Shown here in pieces: positions 38,201-50,900 of a stretch of 64,000 bases of DNA (position 1 is the stretch's first letter; every line of letters starts with the position of its first letter). Origin of the DNA: Amoebophrya sp. A120 (taxonomy: Eukaryota; Protista; Dinoflagellata); assembly GCA_905178155.1 (NCBI GenBank), contig CAJINV010000009.1:3342768-3406767 (forward strand), in the 5' to 3' direction. The notes beneath the pieces are model-generated. The model searched no databases, was not told the origin of the DNA, and saw only the letters and a program-made list of their open reading frames with translations. The translations under genes were made by a program, and so were the position numbers.

Positions 38201-39197
38201 TTCGGGCTCTTTATCCGGGGCGGCTCAGTTACGGGAGTGTCAGGATCGAAGTCGTCAAAGTTGAAATAGTTTGCCATGCATAAAATGCAACGCAAAAAGT
38301 GCTTCTAATGCAGAGGACGCAAGGGAGGCAGATTGTAGTGCTGGTAAGGGTCGAGAATGGGGCTGCTGATTAGCATCACAGAGGGGAGTCCCCTTGCCCT
38401 AAACAGCATAACAAACTGGCTTCCGGTACGGACAAAATTTGTCATGCACCGACTAGAAACTGTGGGTCCAATTGGTATCGATTTTATGCATGACAAATCA
38501 TTTCAACTTTGACGATTTCAATCCTGACACTCCCATATCAGTCGCAGTCCGGTTTCAGCAACCAGTCGGGGGCAGGAAACTCCAGCGGGAACCAGGCTTC
38601 CGGGGCGAATTCTAGTGGAAAGAAGTATCCAATTTGCATTTTTTCGTGGTGAGATTCAAGTCGAGGCCAATGTGGATGTATTGAAATCAGTAAAACATAC
38701 AAGCGACATGCTGGATGAACAAGAAGGCTGTTGGTGTTGTAGCTATCTGTAGTAGAAGATTTGTCGCGATCTATTTTTGCTACTCAGTAGCAGCCTCGTA
38801 GTCAATCGTTGCGTAGCACCGCAAGTGTATGTGAAGTCTGTTTCCTGCAAACAGGCGCTTTTCCTGAAGTTTTCTGTTCGTATACAAAAATATAAAATAG
38901 AAATTGACGAAGATAAAAAATACCACTGGTCTGACTTGCGCTAAGAAATCTTTCCCACCCCATAATCCAAGCGCGGACAATGATGACGACGACGACGACG
39001 ACGGCGATGATGACGACGAGGAGGAGGGTAGCGGGGACCCAAATGCTTCCGCAAATAAATCTGCGAACGCAAGTGGGAACCAAAAGAGTGGCAGTGGGGG
39101 TGGCGATGATGACGACGATGAAGATGACGAGGGCAGTGGTGGAGGGGATGATGACGGTAGCGATGGTGGGGATGATGATGATGACGACGAGGATTGA
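32300..39197 (+). CDS. Hypothetical protein, ~719 aa, with P/S-rich repeats (PPRAPTPEPE, SDPPK) and an acidic poly-Asp C-terminus
   Basis: 18 exons: 32300-32432, 32656-32953, 33238-33535, 33709-33803, 34068-34413, 34694-34774, 35046-35110, 35398-35574, 35838-35867, 36194-36248, 36526-36591, 36860-36912, 37242-37278, 37504-37532, 37818-37878, 38205-38229, 38543-38625, 38970-39197 (2160 nt, in frame). Three junctions rely on degenerate elements (35575-35832, 36913-37236, 38626-38964). Confidence 0.7.
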
Positions 39198-40395
39198 GAG
39201 GGAAAAAAACCACTTGCCAAATATGAATATTCTGTTTTTCGTTCTTTTCAAACTGGTATAAGCATTTTTGTTTAGTGTTTTCCAAGCTTCTATCATTTGA
39301 CTTGATTTATTTTTCAAAACATATTCTGGTACTACGATAATGCAATGCGCTTTTTTTCTGCATCTGGTAGAAGTATAGCAGGCCATGGCAGTTTATTAGT
39401 CTCGCAGGGAAAAATCTCGTCTGAGGTAAGCCAGTAGCAGTTTCGAACCCGGGTGAGGGCTAGGATTCTGCGCAACTGCTGGCATACTTTGAATGAGTTG
39501 CGAGCGCAGCAGGTTGAGCCTGCTAAGTGATTCTGATTGCTTTATGATTACACCCACGCTGGTACTCACACTGTAGTTGTGTGGATCCTAACATGACCGA
39601 AACTTCGCCTGTCGGCAATTATCGTTACTTTTAGCTGTTGATGTAAAAAATAAGGGCCAAGGCCGTGGTGTCTGTGGCGGTTGCGTCTGCTCTCGGTGTT
39701 GCCTCTGCCGGTTTGTTTTAGACCGACAATGCTGTTGGTTTTCGAGTTGATCTCATCCCTTTCGGTATAGACAGATGGTTCCTCACCATCTCAGCTTTCG
39801 GCAATGATGCCGTCTCCTGCTCTTGTAAAATGAAAATAAATGTGCTGTGGTGGTCAGTCTCTGCAAAGTGGAAGTTCTTGCGGTAGTCCTATCGGTGCAG
39901 TGCACAAGTTTCTATTCGCGCTCTATATTCGGTAGCTTTTTCCAGGTCGGTCGATCGTATCTACTGCGGTTGTTCGAACTAGTAAAAATGATCGGTTGCA
40001 GCTGGTCAATTTATGAAATTCTGAATGTAAAAACTTTCTCAAACTGATTTGAGATTCGTTTTCATCTGCATAGTCCCGTTTGAACTAGCGTTGAAACCAC
40101 CAAAGAAATCCATTGCGCTGTCAGTACTTACTTTCCCGCTGGTCGTAGTCACAAAAACTATGTGTTATGGCTAGCTTCGATTTGTTCTACCTTACCTGTA
40201 GAAGCTCGCCTAGTAAAACTACTGATACATCCTCGACATCTACCTCGAGGCACGACTAGCGGTATTTACGCAGTTGCATATAACGATCGAAAAATTTTAT
40301 GTTCTCCACACACGACATCATGGTCATTTAAAACATCTTACTGAAAAAACCCGACCTCGTTTTTCTCTTTGTCCAACACGCAGCACGACGAAATC

Positions 40396-43300
40396 ATGAT
40401 GAACCCCACGACTAGCATATCCTGAGTAAAAACGTACCCACACCAGAGTCAGGGTGAGGATTTTGCAACACAAGCCTAGGAGTTTTGTGAGTCACGCATG
40501 ACAAGTTGCACTATGCAGTGTAGTGCAGGTTAGCAAGTGCAGCCGCATCAAAGATTCATCTGCTCATACTGTTCACAGCATCACAAATTCCAAAACACGC
40601 TTGGAAATGGCTCTCATGGGGATGCGCATTACAAGTCTTCCTGTCTTTGCAAATCTGCAGTACAACTCTGGTGTGGGTACGTTTTTACTCAGGATATACG
40701 AGCAGCACGACGTCAACGGCCGACTACCAGCACCTGGACATCCGGACAATCCACGGGGAACGACTTATCCTGAGAAAAACGTGTTACAGTTACACATTGT
40801 GTTGCAGGCCAAGCAAGACAGACATGCTCTGTCATGCAGAAAATGCTTGCCAGCCTCATTTCGTGCGTGTTTTCCCTTACAGTGTGCGCATCACACGTTT
40901 TCTTTGCCATGTCGAGCAACTTTGTGATGCAGAAACTCCAACAAATGTGTAACTGGAACACTTCTTTCTCGCGATACGGCTGGAACCAAGAGTAGTAAAA
41001 CGCGAGGTCTTCGACAGTTTAACCGTGAAAGAGCTGCTTGATTTCGTCGACAGACTGAATGGGAAGGAGGAAACCAGAGGGCTGTGCCGGAATGGGAACA
41101 GGAAGAAGCTGGCGTTATTGGAGGTGGACGATGAGGGGGAAACGACGGCTAGCACAAAAGTTCTTGTCGAGAAGAAGGAACGGACAGTAAAGACCACCAC
41201 CCTGGACGCAAATATTTTCACCGATGAATCTGGTTTGATTTTTTCCGGAAATAAGGGTAAAAACGAGAGTCCGCAGCCTGGTCGTGGTCCCCGCAGTGGC
41301 CCCGGCGACTGGGAGATCCTGACTCATGCTGACAAAACTGGCGCACAACATCAAGCGTCGTCCGTTCGACACCAGCGCGACACGCCCACTGTCACAAGAG
41401 ATGCCGAGTTGGGGCTTCCCTACTTAACGCCAAGAGATGGAATAAATCATACAATTTCATGTAGCGACACGGAGACCTCGGATGTGGTGGATAGTGCAAC
41501 TACGGAGGCAGCGCGGGACAAAGTTCAGAGAGAACTACATCAAAGCAACCCGGAGACAAAGAAATCGCAGGAAAGCGGTCCTCCTCCCGTCGACAAAGAG
41601 AACTTCTACAAAAAGAGCGAGCGACTAGAGAAAGACAATGCCGATGACGAGGAACAACACCCCTTCAGCCCCTCGCCTCTGCACGAAGACACGCTGGTAG
41701 GGGAGATTTTTGGCATCCCAACGGCTCAGGAGATCGAATTCAATTCAAGAATTACGCTGTCGAACAAATCCAACAATTCCTTCACTTCCGCATTGAAAAC
41801 AACTTCTCCGGTCGAAAAAGATACTACAGCGAATCGCATTTCAACCTTCCTCCTGAAAGCAAAACAACCGATCGAGTTCCTGTGTATTCTATCCTACGGC
41901 GGCCCAAAACGACAGCCCTACTCGATTGAAATCATCAAGAACGAAGCGATTCTTCTCCGCCCCCACCACTGGCTCGGATGGAGAGATGTGGAAAACTTTC
42001 CATACAGATACAAGTGGACGCGGGTCAGTTTCTGGGTGAAGTGGCTAGCGGGGGGAGACATGAGGAATTCTGTGCCTCTATCAAAATGAAAAATCCCTTC
42101 TCCCCATATCAAAATGGAAGTCTGTGATGCGGGATTTCTGTACACAAATCATTTTGTCATGCTAGAAGGGAAGAGATGCGGTCTGTAGTGCTGGGTGGCG
42201 TGGGAAAGCCTTGCGTCTTCAGCATAACAGGAGGCAGCTGGAAGCGGGAAACAGCACGACAAATTGCCTGCAAACGAGGCCAAGACTGCATCTCTTGAGC
42301 CTCTAGCAATACAAGTCGACTTGTGTACACAAATACAGCATCACAAATTTCGTTTTCGACATCGGGAGGGGAGATTTTTCCTCATCATAACCTCCCTCCG
42401 ATAATTACGTTTTTGACGATTTTTCCGATGCGGGGTTGGAGATTTACGGCACGGTATCCCACGAAAAAACTGTTTCACTGTGATGGCTTTGCAAGATCTG
42501 CATCACAAGTTTGTTTACACATGACACAGAAATAAATTTGCCATGCGTGCTTCCAAAGCGAAAACACGCCTAAAAATTAATCCAATGTCTTGCAGGTGTA
42601 GGAGCAAGACAAATCGTTCTGTGCTCCATTCTATGCATCACAAGTTTATCACAGTGAAGCAGTTTTTTCTTGCGATAAACGAGATTCACCGACTGGCTTT
42701 TCGATGTGAAACCGAACGAGTGGGTATCCTGAGTAAAAACGTACCCACACCAGAGTTGTAGTGCAGATTTGCAAAGACAGGAAGACTTGTAATGCGCATC
42801 CTGATGAGAGCCATTTCCAATCGTGTTTTGGAATTTGTGATGCTGTGAACAGGATGAGCAGATGAATCTGTGACGCGGCTGCACTTGCTAACCTGCACTA
42901 CACTGCCGAGTGCAACTTGTCATGCGTGACTCACAAAGCTCCTACCTTTGTGTTGCAAAATCCCCATCCTGACTCTGGTGTGGGTACGTTTTTACTCAGG
43001 ATAGTGGGTCTTCTGCGAGGAGCACCACAGTATCCTGAGTAAAAACGTCCGCACCCCATAGTCAAGATGGAAAACCTGCTAGACAAATCTACAAGCTTAG
43101 GCTGTTGCGCATGACAAGCTTGGCCTCGTAGTGTAATCCTGTTTACTTTAGCTCGTTCAGAAGCATCACAGATCTACCCTACCATGCTGACTGGAGCGCT
43201 ACAGATTCCAAAACACGACTAGGAGTCGCTTCTCATGGGGCTCCGCATGAGAAGCATGCTGAGCATGCGTTTTTGCATGACAACTATGGGGTGGGGATGT

Positions 43301-44211
43301 TTTTACATAGGATACACCGGGTAGCTGATTTTAAGCAAACCAGCAACTGTATCCGGTTGTGTTTCATTTCCATGAAAACCAAACCAAGGCTATTGTTGAA
43401 CGATTTCCGGGTGGAGATTTTCGACGACGAAAACTTCGCGCTGGCCACTTCCCGGCGACTGTTGCTTCCCGGCACCGCGTATCAAATGCAAAAATGTCTG
43501 GGTCTGGAAGAATGCAAGATTTGTCATGCATATTTCTCATGACCCATGATAGTCTGTGATGTATGCCCTAGCGTCACAGGTTTTTAGAACCCTTCCTGAT
43601 GCACCTTCCGCATGAGAAATGCCCTGTCCGTGTAGCACAAACTGTATCCCTCTTGCTGGTCATGCAATACAAATTTTTGTAGAGTCCAAAAACAGCATGA
43701 CAAGTCTGGCACTCTTCCAGACATCCAGGGACTTTTGCAGTTGATACCGCGATGGAAGCAGAAGCGGTTGTCGCGAAACCGATAATATCAAATGCAAAAA
43801 TGTCTGGGTCTGGAAGGTTGCAACTTGTGATGCTGTTTTTGGAACGTAAAAAAAATCTGTATTGCATGACCAGCAAGAGGAGTTCAGTTTGTGCTACGCG
43901 GAGTGGGCGCGTCTCATGCGGAATGCGCATCAGAAGGCCCTTCAAAAATCTGTGATGCTAGGTCATGCATTACAAGCATCACGGGTTATGCAAAATACGC
44001 ATGACAAACCTGGCAATCTTCCAGACCCAGACATTTTTCCAGTTCATAGATGAGAGTACTGCAAGCTTTGCACCCGCGGTTGGTGAATGAAAATTTTTCC
44101 CAGTTGCCCTGGAAAGCGGACGAGGAGTTGTTGGCGATGGGGGACTTTTTGAGAAATCTCCCAGGCGCGACGCGGGGCATGGGGATGAATATTGTGGAGA
44201 CGCCGGAATAA
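40396..44211 (+). CDS. Hypothetical protein, ~552 aa
   Basis: Exons 40396-40417, 40702-40765, 40982-42078, 42395-42454, 42683-42724, 43009-43030, 43320-43479, 43752-43785, 44054-44211 (1659 nt, ATG to TAA in frame). All 8 introns are introners. Confidence 0.75.
40418..40696. mobile_element. Family-C introner (TIR TATCCTGAGTAAAAACGTACCCACACCAGAGT, ~280 bp)
   Basis: Perfect ~32-bp TIR. Other members: 7402-7683, 18507-18788, 29191-29470, 32954-33232, 35111-35392, 37533-37812, 42725-43003, 43031-43314, 55640-55921. Confidence 0.92.
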
Positions 44212-45089
44212 GGATCTACTTCGGTGGAGGGCCTGATCGATAGAAATGTCAGATTATGTTGATCTAGAACTTCAATACACGACGACTGGCACTTCTTCAA
44301 ACTATACTCCATTTTTTCTCTTGCGCTTGAACTACAACCCGAGCGTGTGACCACATGCTAGTACATATGCTTACGGCCGGGACGAGCCGGGAACACGTTC
44401 GTTGTACAACCAGTTTTCCGATGCGGTTTCCGCAATTGACTTGCTTTCATGGAGTCGTCGTTTGTTTGGTCTCTCCGACCCGGACGAAAACGAGAACGTT
44501 TATATCACATCAGAATGAATTTCGGCGGAGTCGTTCGCGCTAGACCGATGTGTTGTATTTCTACATCTTTCTACCAAAAGGCTTTTTGGGAGCAGAATCC
44601 ATGTGTTCTGACCGACACAACCAGAGGCAAGAAATCGTTCAACCGAAAAACAATCGTCCTTCCTTCGTTAGTTTTTGCAACCGTTCCAGCACCACTTCTC
44701 CCTAACGGCCGCGCATTCACTTCTACTCCGTATTGGTTTCTGTCTTCTCACTACGGTAGACTTCTATTTCGTCACGTTCTTTTACGCGTCACTCTTTTGC
44801 TGACCATGAAAAGTACAGTGGAAATGAAAATTTTTGAAGGTTTTCCCCAATTTCGCAGGACAGGAAAATCACTTCCCATTGCACGAAGATGTGATTCGGA
44901 GTCGAAATAGTAAGCTGCTTCACTTGGAGGTTTTAGCACCTCAGACGATAGTTCTTTCGATTCTGATGTTTCACCACCAGAAGTAGATAAAAAAATGTCC
45001 AAACCCAGCAAAGCCGATTTGTAGACGAGACCGCGGCGCTCCGGCTCCTCCTGCTGGACCGGCTGGCGCCGGCTGACAAAACCGGCACC

Positions 45090-45323
45090 ATGGGAACATC
45101 CAGTAGATCCTCGAGCAGGAGTCAAAGCGGCCGCCGGCCGAAAAAGAATACAATCGGACGGGAACTGATCAATCTTTTAGTCCTCTTCACGATCTTCAGC
45201 CTCATCATGTGGTTCTCGCCCCTACCGCATCTGCACCAGACGCACACGCAATGCTTGGAGACGGGCGTGGCACTGGCCATTGGGTTTTTGGTGGTCAGTT
45301 TTAGCTTCGCATTGTCGATATGA
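45090..45323 (+). CDS. Possible small two-TM protein
   Basis: 77-codon ATG ORF with two hydrophobic stretches and no other support. Confidence 0.25.
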   Translation: MGTSSRSSSRSQSGRRPKKNTIGRELINLLVLFTIFSLIMWFSPLPHLHQTHTQCLETGVALAIGFLVVSFSFALSI

Positions 45324-45889
45324 CAACAAGCCACTGAAAAGATAAACCCATTTAGCAATACATTGATTGTTTCCCCCGGGTAATAAATTAGGCGGGGATC
45401 ATGTTTTGCCAAAAATCAAGAAACTATCTTCAGAGAAGATCTTGACTTTCTCTTGCCAATGCTGCACGAGCCAGGCTCTTGTGAGGCGCATGACTTTCTG
45501 AAATTTCTTTCAGCTTGTTTGTTCGACGTCCACAAAGTAGAAAAAGCATGCAAGTACTTTTACTTGTAAAAATCGTCGTGCCTTGGTGCTGTGAGACAAG
45601 AACGTCGTAACGGCCGAGCGCGAGCGTCCTCCCATTTGTATTTCTAAATCGGAGATATGGTGAACAAGAGCGATCTATTTTGCTTGATCTCTATTGAGAG
45701 CGAGAGATCGGCTGGAAACTAACTTTTGAGAGGAGTCGTTAATTCCGCCAGCAGAGTGAAGAGATGAGCGATGATTGTGCTATACTAGATTGCCCGCTGC
45801 AGTTGCCTCGTCGATTCTTTTTCGTTGCAGCCCATGATAGTACGTGACTTCGCTCTACTTACTACTTATGATCGCAGGACCTCATTCAT

Positions 45890-47745
45890 ATTCATTCTAC
45901 CAAAATGCAGCGTGAATTCGAAGATCTGGTTTGTTTTTTGAAAAAGAAAGCTACATCCACGATTGCGTCTGCGACTGGTTTCAAAAAGGGGGAGTAGAGC
46001 AATTCGCAAACGACTACTTTCTCGAGGCGAAGAGGGGCGAGATTGTGGCCCACCTCTGCGAAAGGTCAGGGGTCTCGGAAGTAGCAGTTCGTACAGGTCA
46101 GGGGCTTTGGGGGGAGTACGCTAAGAAGTCCGGGTGTAATCTCGTCGGGGAAACAGACACTTCGGACTTTGTCGAAGCAGGGCGGCTGCATGAACTAGGC
46201 ATCGCAGCCGGGCGCCTCGTTGCGCAAAACAAACTTCGACTACAGGAGCGGATCTTGTACGCCGACGGCGGGAAGACTATCCAGCACCTGGCCGGCGATG
46301 ACTACCGCTGTGTTCTGTGTGGCGTCAACTTCACCGCCGCGCCGGATGTGATGCAAGATCACATCCAAACGCATGAAGATCTTGGCTTCTGCCGGTGGGT
46401 ACAGGACCCATCAACAAGTAGATGGAGGCCAGCAGAACAGTTCATCTACCCGGGTTCCGCCGGCGTCATCCTCCCGAAGGGGAAAAAGAAGTATATTCCC
46501 CCACCGGCGCGCGCACTAGTAACAACCAAGGCATTAGAATGTCGAAAATGTGGGGAGGAGGTTTGCAAATGGAATACCAGGATGAACCCCCACAAGCGGG
46601 GCGGAGCAATGAGAAGGTTCAACAACCACTACAAATCCTGCAAGGGGCGGGGCGAACCGACAGTGAGGAAGAAAGGAGGCAAGAGACAGTGAGGAGGAAA
46701 AGAAAGCGCGTGTTTGTGTCTGCGAAACAAGTATTAGAAATTCAAAACGTTCCGCTTTAGTCTTTGTTTTTGTTTTTGTTTCGCTCTACAACTGAACCAT
46801 TTTTGAAATGCCGTCTTGATAGCTCAAACACTGCTTTTCAAGTGGGTTGTAGCGAGTTTCCGAGGATTTTTGGCGAAAGTCCTCTAGGAGTTCGCTCCCA
46901 CCGACGAAGAAAGCCTTTTTCTTAAACCGTAAGAAACTCATCTTCTGTTACTTTTCCCACTCGCCTTGTCCCCATCTAAGAATGATTATTTGCAAAAAGT
47001 AAAAAGATTGAGAGTTATTTGGTCTCGAAGGGCGGTGCTGTGAAGAGAGCCAGTCCGAGCGACCAACCATGCTCTCTTTGCAGTAGTTACGTTTTTCATG
47101 TTTTTTGTCTAGACCTGTGTAGTGAGTCAACGCGAGAGAGTTCTACTTGCTGTCCTAGTTCCGCCGAGCTAAATCGGAAGTTCTGACGTTTTTGTATGGG
47201 CGGCGAGGTTAAAAACGCGTAGTCAGGTCGGCGGGTTTAGGACTCTATTTTTCGAAGACAGAACTTTTACTCAAAAACAGCCCACCAAACGCCGAAGCTG
47301 TTGTCATTTTTCTGTATCTTTGTAAGTCCAAACAGCGCGCCTTGTCCCCATGATACGGTGGACATTCCGTGCGAAATGAGACGAAGACTGTAAGGAAATT
47401 ATCTTCAAAAATCTGGAACTTTACCAAACCACGCTCCAAGTTTTAATCCAGTGCAGCGATTCCCAAGCTAGACTAAACAAAAGAAAACAAGAAATAACGC
47501 AGCGACTAATAGCAGGAAGGAGGAAGTACGAGTATTAATAGCTATACCTTACCCAAGTAGTTTTACCCAGACAGTTCTCTATCTTTCTTCTTTATTTTAG
47601 CTCACTTTTTACTTTTATTGTTTGCTAAACGAAAATAGCACGCGAAGCCCGCGCGTCCCCATGCACATTGATTGATTGATTGATTCATTCTACCAAAATG
47701 CAGCTTGAATTCGAAGATCTGGTTTGTTTTTTGAAAAAGAAAGCT
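45890..47745. repeat. 63-bp direct repeats (45890-45952 and 47683-47745) bracketing a 1.8-kb segment
   Basis: ATTCATTCTACCAAAATGCAGC(G/T)TGAATTCGAAGATCTGGTTTGTTTTTTGAAAAAGAAAGCT with one mismatch. The second copy is preceded by (ATTG)n. Confidence 0.85.
45931..46692 (+). CDS. Intronless zinc-finger protein (C2H2-like plus BED-like finger); true start uncertain
   Basis: CVLC-x13-HIQTH and CRKC...NNHYKSC motifs and a basic C-terminus. The ORF opens at TTG; the nearest upstream ATG (45905) is out of frame. Confidence 0.55.
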   Translation: MFFEKESYIHDCVCDWFQKGGVEQFANDYFLEAKRGEIVAHLCERSGVSEVAVRTGQGLWGEYAKKSGCNLVGETDTSDFVEAGRLHELGIAAGRLVAQNKLRLQERILYADGGKTIQHLAGDDYRCVLCGVNFTAAPDVMQDHIQTHEDLGFCRWVQDPSTSRWRPAEQFIYPGSAGVILPKGKKKYIPPPARALVTTKALECRKCGEEVCKWNTRMNPHKRGGAMRRFNNHYKSCKGRGEPTVRKKGGKRQ

Positions 47746-47924
47746 TCTCCGTTGGGAGCTTGAGCTTGAATTTTCTTCAAAAATGCGTTTAATGTTCTAC
47801 TCCGCCTGGCATCAGCATTGAGATTGGCGACGGTGCGCAACGACGACCCAGGGAGAGGTTTCTGTTGAATTGTGGACCAGGCCGCGTTCTTTTGTCAAAA
47901 TTGTGGCAACAGGCTCTGCAGCAT

Positions 47925-50900
47925 ATGTCCAAGATGTTGAAGTTGGACTTGTATACCGGAACTAGTTCTTCATCTTCCGCTTACCCGTCGCCCCGATGTA
48001 CAAGCAACTACGCTTCTTTTCCCGATGAAACACGGGCCCGAGAGCAACAGCGACTGCTACGGGGGGCGGAAGTAGTAGACGCAAATACTCCAGCACCAGT
48101 AGCAGATGATCCTGCGGGTGGCAGTGCTGCGGTCGCGTTCCTGCACGACCTGCACGACTACATGAAAGCCACGCTGGTGCGGATAAAAACAACACCACTG
48201 AAGGTTACATCGAGCTTTTTTTCAAAATCAAAATGCAGTAGTAGAGCTAACAGAACCAGAAGGAAGCGAAAGCGACCCAAAGAACCACCTGGACAGAAAT
48301 ACCCTTGTACTCCGATGGCGATTTCAGCGTCGAGGCTGCCAACCGCTTCATCTTTCTTCCACAGAGACCGGAGAAAAAGGAATAAGCACGACAAGAACTC
48401 CATACCCGGGTTCTCTTCAGCTCAAGAAATAAGAAAAACGAAAACCGCAGCGGCATTAGCTCTTCTCCTCTCCCTCTTCTTCTCCAACCTGTACCAAATT
48501 CTCCATTTTGTCCAAGCAAAAATCCCCGATGTCGCCGTTGACCAACTCCGCAGTTCCCTCCCGAACGGGAATTACATGGTGAACATGTTTGAACAGTGCG
48601 ACAAGGTTCTCCTTTCCACCCCGGGAAGGCCGGACGGGTGTCAAATTGACACGTATTCCGCGGAGTACGCTTTTGAAGTTTTCAACCTGAAACGCTTGTT
48701 CGAAACCGAGAAGACGTTCTTATTAACCACCTGTGACGGATACAGAAGGGTCCAGTCGAACATGATGCTTGCGGAAACGAGCTGCAAAACCGCTTCTACC
48801 CCGAACTTGGACTACTGGCTATCAAAAGGAAAAATCCCCCCTCCCCATATCGAAAACGAAAATTGTGATGCTGTATTTGAGTACACAAATTGTAACGCTA
48901 GAAGGCCAAGAGACGCAGGCAATTTGTCATGCTGTTTCCCACTTTCAGCTGCCCCCTGTCATGCTGAAGATGCAAGGCTTCCCCACGCCAACCAGCACTA
49001 CAGTCCGCATCTTTTCCCTTCTAGCATGACAAAGCTGATTTGTGGCCACAAATCTGCATCGCAATTTTCTAGTTTGAGTATGGGGTGGGGGGATTTTTCA
49101 CTTTGATACTGGCCTTTGGAGTGCATGATACTGCAGGCGGAATTGGACCGGCTCTACTTGAACAAAACACTGGAGCAAAACATCGTCTGCAACATGCTGA
49201 TATGCATTGCAAATATTTCTGGGTCATCTGGGAAAGTTGTGCAACCTGTCATGCTAAGTCTGGATCGTGCAAGAAAAGTCTGTGTTGCAGGATTTCCAAA
49301 AGATGTCTACTTTATTTGACCAAGAAGTCGAGAGGTAGTTTCTCATGCGGAAAAGCCATGATAAAGATCGCACAGAATGATCTGTGATGCCAGGGCATGC
49401 ATCGCAGATCTCACGCGTCATGCAAAATGTGCATGACAAACCTTCTTGCACCCTTCCTGGACCAGACATTTTTACATTTGATAGCTAACGCAGGGAAGAC
49501 GCGACGCCATGGCGGTGGAGGACGCAAGTCGGATCAATGTATCAAGTGCAAATATTTCTCTCTCTCTGGAAAGTTGTGATGCTAGTTTGCGAACCATTTA
49601 GCAACCTACAATATGCGGACGCGCATGGCAAGTTTTTGAGCGACGAGGTCGTCTTGCGTAAACTGCATGAGAAACTTCGTTTTCGCTTTACAGAAGAATA
49701 GCGCGATAGCGCAACATGCATAACAGGTCTTTCTCTCCAGCCAGCAGAGCATTACAATTTCCAGAGCCAGACATATTCGCAACGCATAGACCGTCGTGAA
49801 CTGCAACCAGCTCGCGCACTCCATGATCACAAAATACCACCCGTTTTTGTACCGGCCTCGCGTCGAGGGGATCGACCACCTGTTCCCGCAGAAGTGCCGG
49901 GAGAGACTGTGCACCACGCAGAAGTTTTTCTACTCCAGGATAAGGCCGAGGGCGGTGCAGAACTACACGTTGAATGCGAGTGCGAACTTAGTGTACACGA
50001 CGACCCCAGTGCCGGTGGTGGTCGTATCAAATGCGAAAATGTCTGGGTCTGGGAGATTCCGAGATTTGTCATGCAATTTTTTCAAGCTCACCCACGTCTG
50101 GAATGCAAGGCCTAGTATCACAGGTTCTGCGGCTCCTCGGTGATGCGTATTCTGCATGAGAAATGCCCTCTCAGCACGGCCAGAAGTGGGCACCTTTTGC
50201 ACGTTCTGCATCACAGATCTTTGTAGAATCCGAAACACGCATCACAAGTTCGGATCCTTCCAGACCCAGACATATTTGCATTTGATAGGTCGTGAATACG
50301 AGCAACGGGTCGAATGGGACGACGCTGTTACTGCGGGAGCTGTATCAAATGTAAAAATGTCTGGGTCTGGAAGAATCCAACTTGTCATGCTGATTTTGGA
50401 TTCTAAAAAAATCTGTATTGCATGAGCAGTAAAGAGGGTCCAAATTTTGCAGCACGGAAAGAGCATTTGTCATGCGGAATAGGCATCAGGAAGCCCTCTC
50501 GAAATCTGTGATGCTAGGGCATGCGTCACAGACTTGAGGAGTCATGCGAAATGTGCATGACAAACCCGGCAATCTTCCAGACCCAGACATTTTTACATTT
50601 GATAAGCTACTGGGGGAAAGTGAAAGAACAAAAGGGTATTCTTCATCATCTCTTGTCGAGCAATACAGCCTGCAGCTGAGCGAGAATGTGGAGCAGACAT
50701 TTTGGAAAGCGCGGAAGTCTTTGAACAACCAGGATTATAATGGGCAGCTTGAGGAGCTTCTACACGGGGGGAATAATAATAAACCAGCTGGAAATTCAGG
50801 GTCAGGACTGCATCCTGCCAACTCTGACGACGTCTTCCTTACGACCAATACACAGATGAGCAAGGAAAGTTGGAAACCGCGAGGGGAGCAGACAAGTGAA

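Noticed and set aside
45905-45952. Programmed -1 frameshift linking ATG 45905 to the zinc-finger ORF
   Set aside because: The T-run is only a weak slippery-site match and no stimulatory structure is evident. An upstream exon or a mutation explains it equally well.
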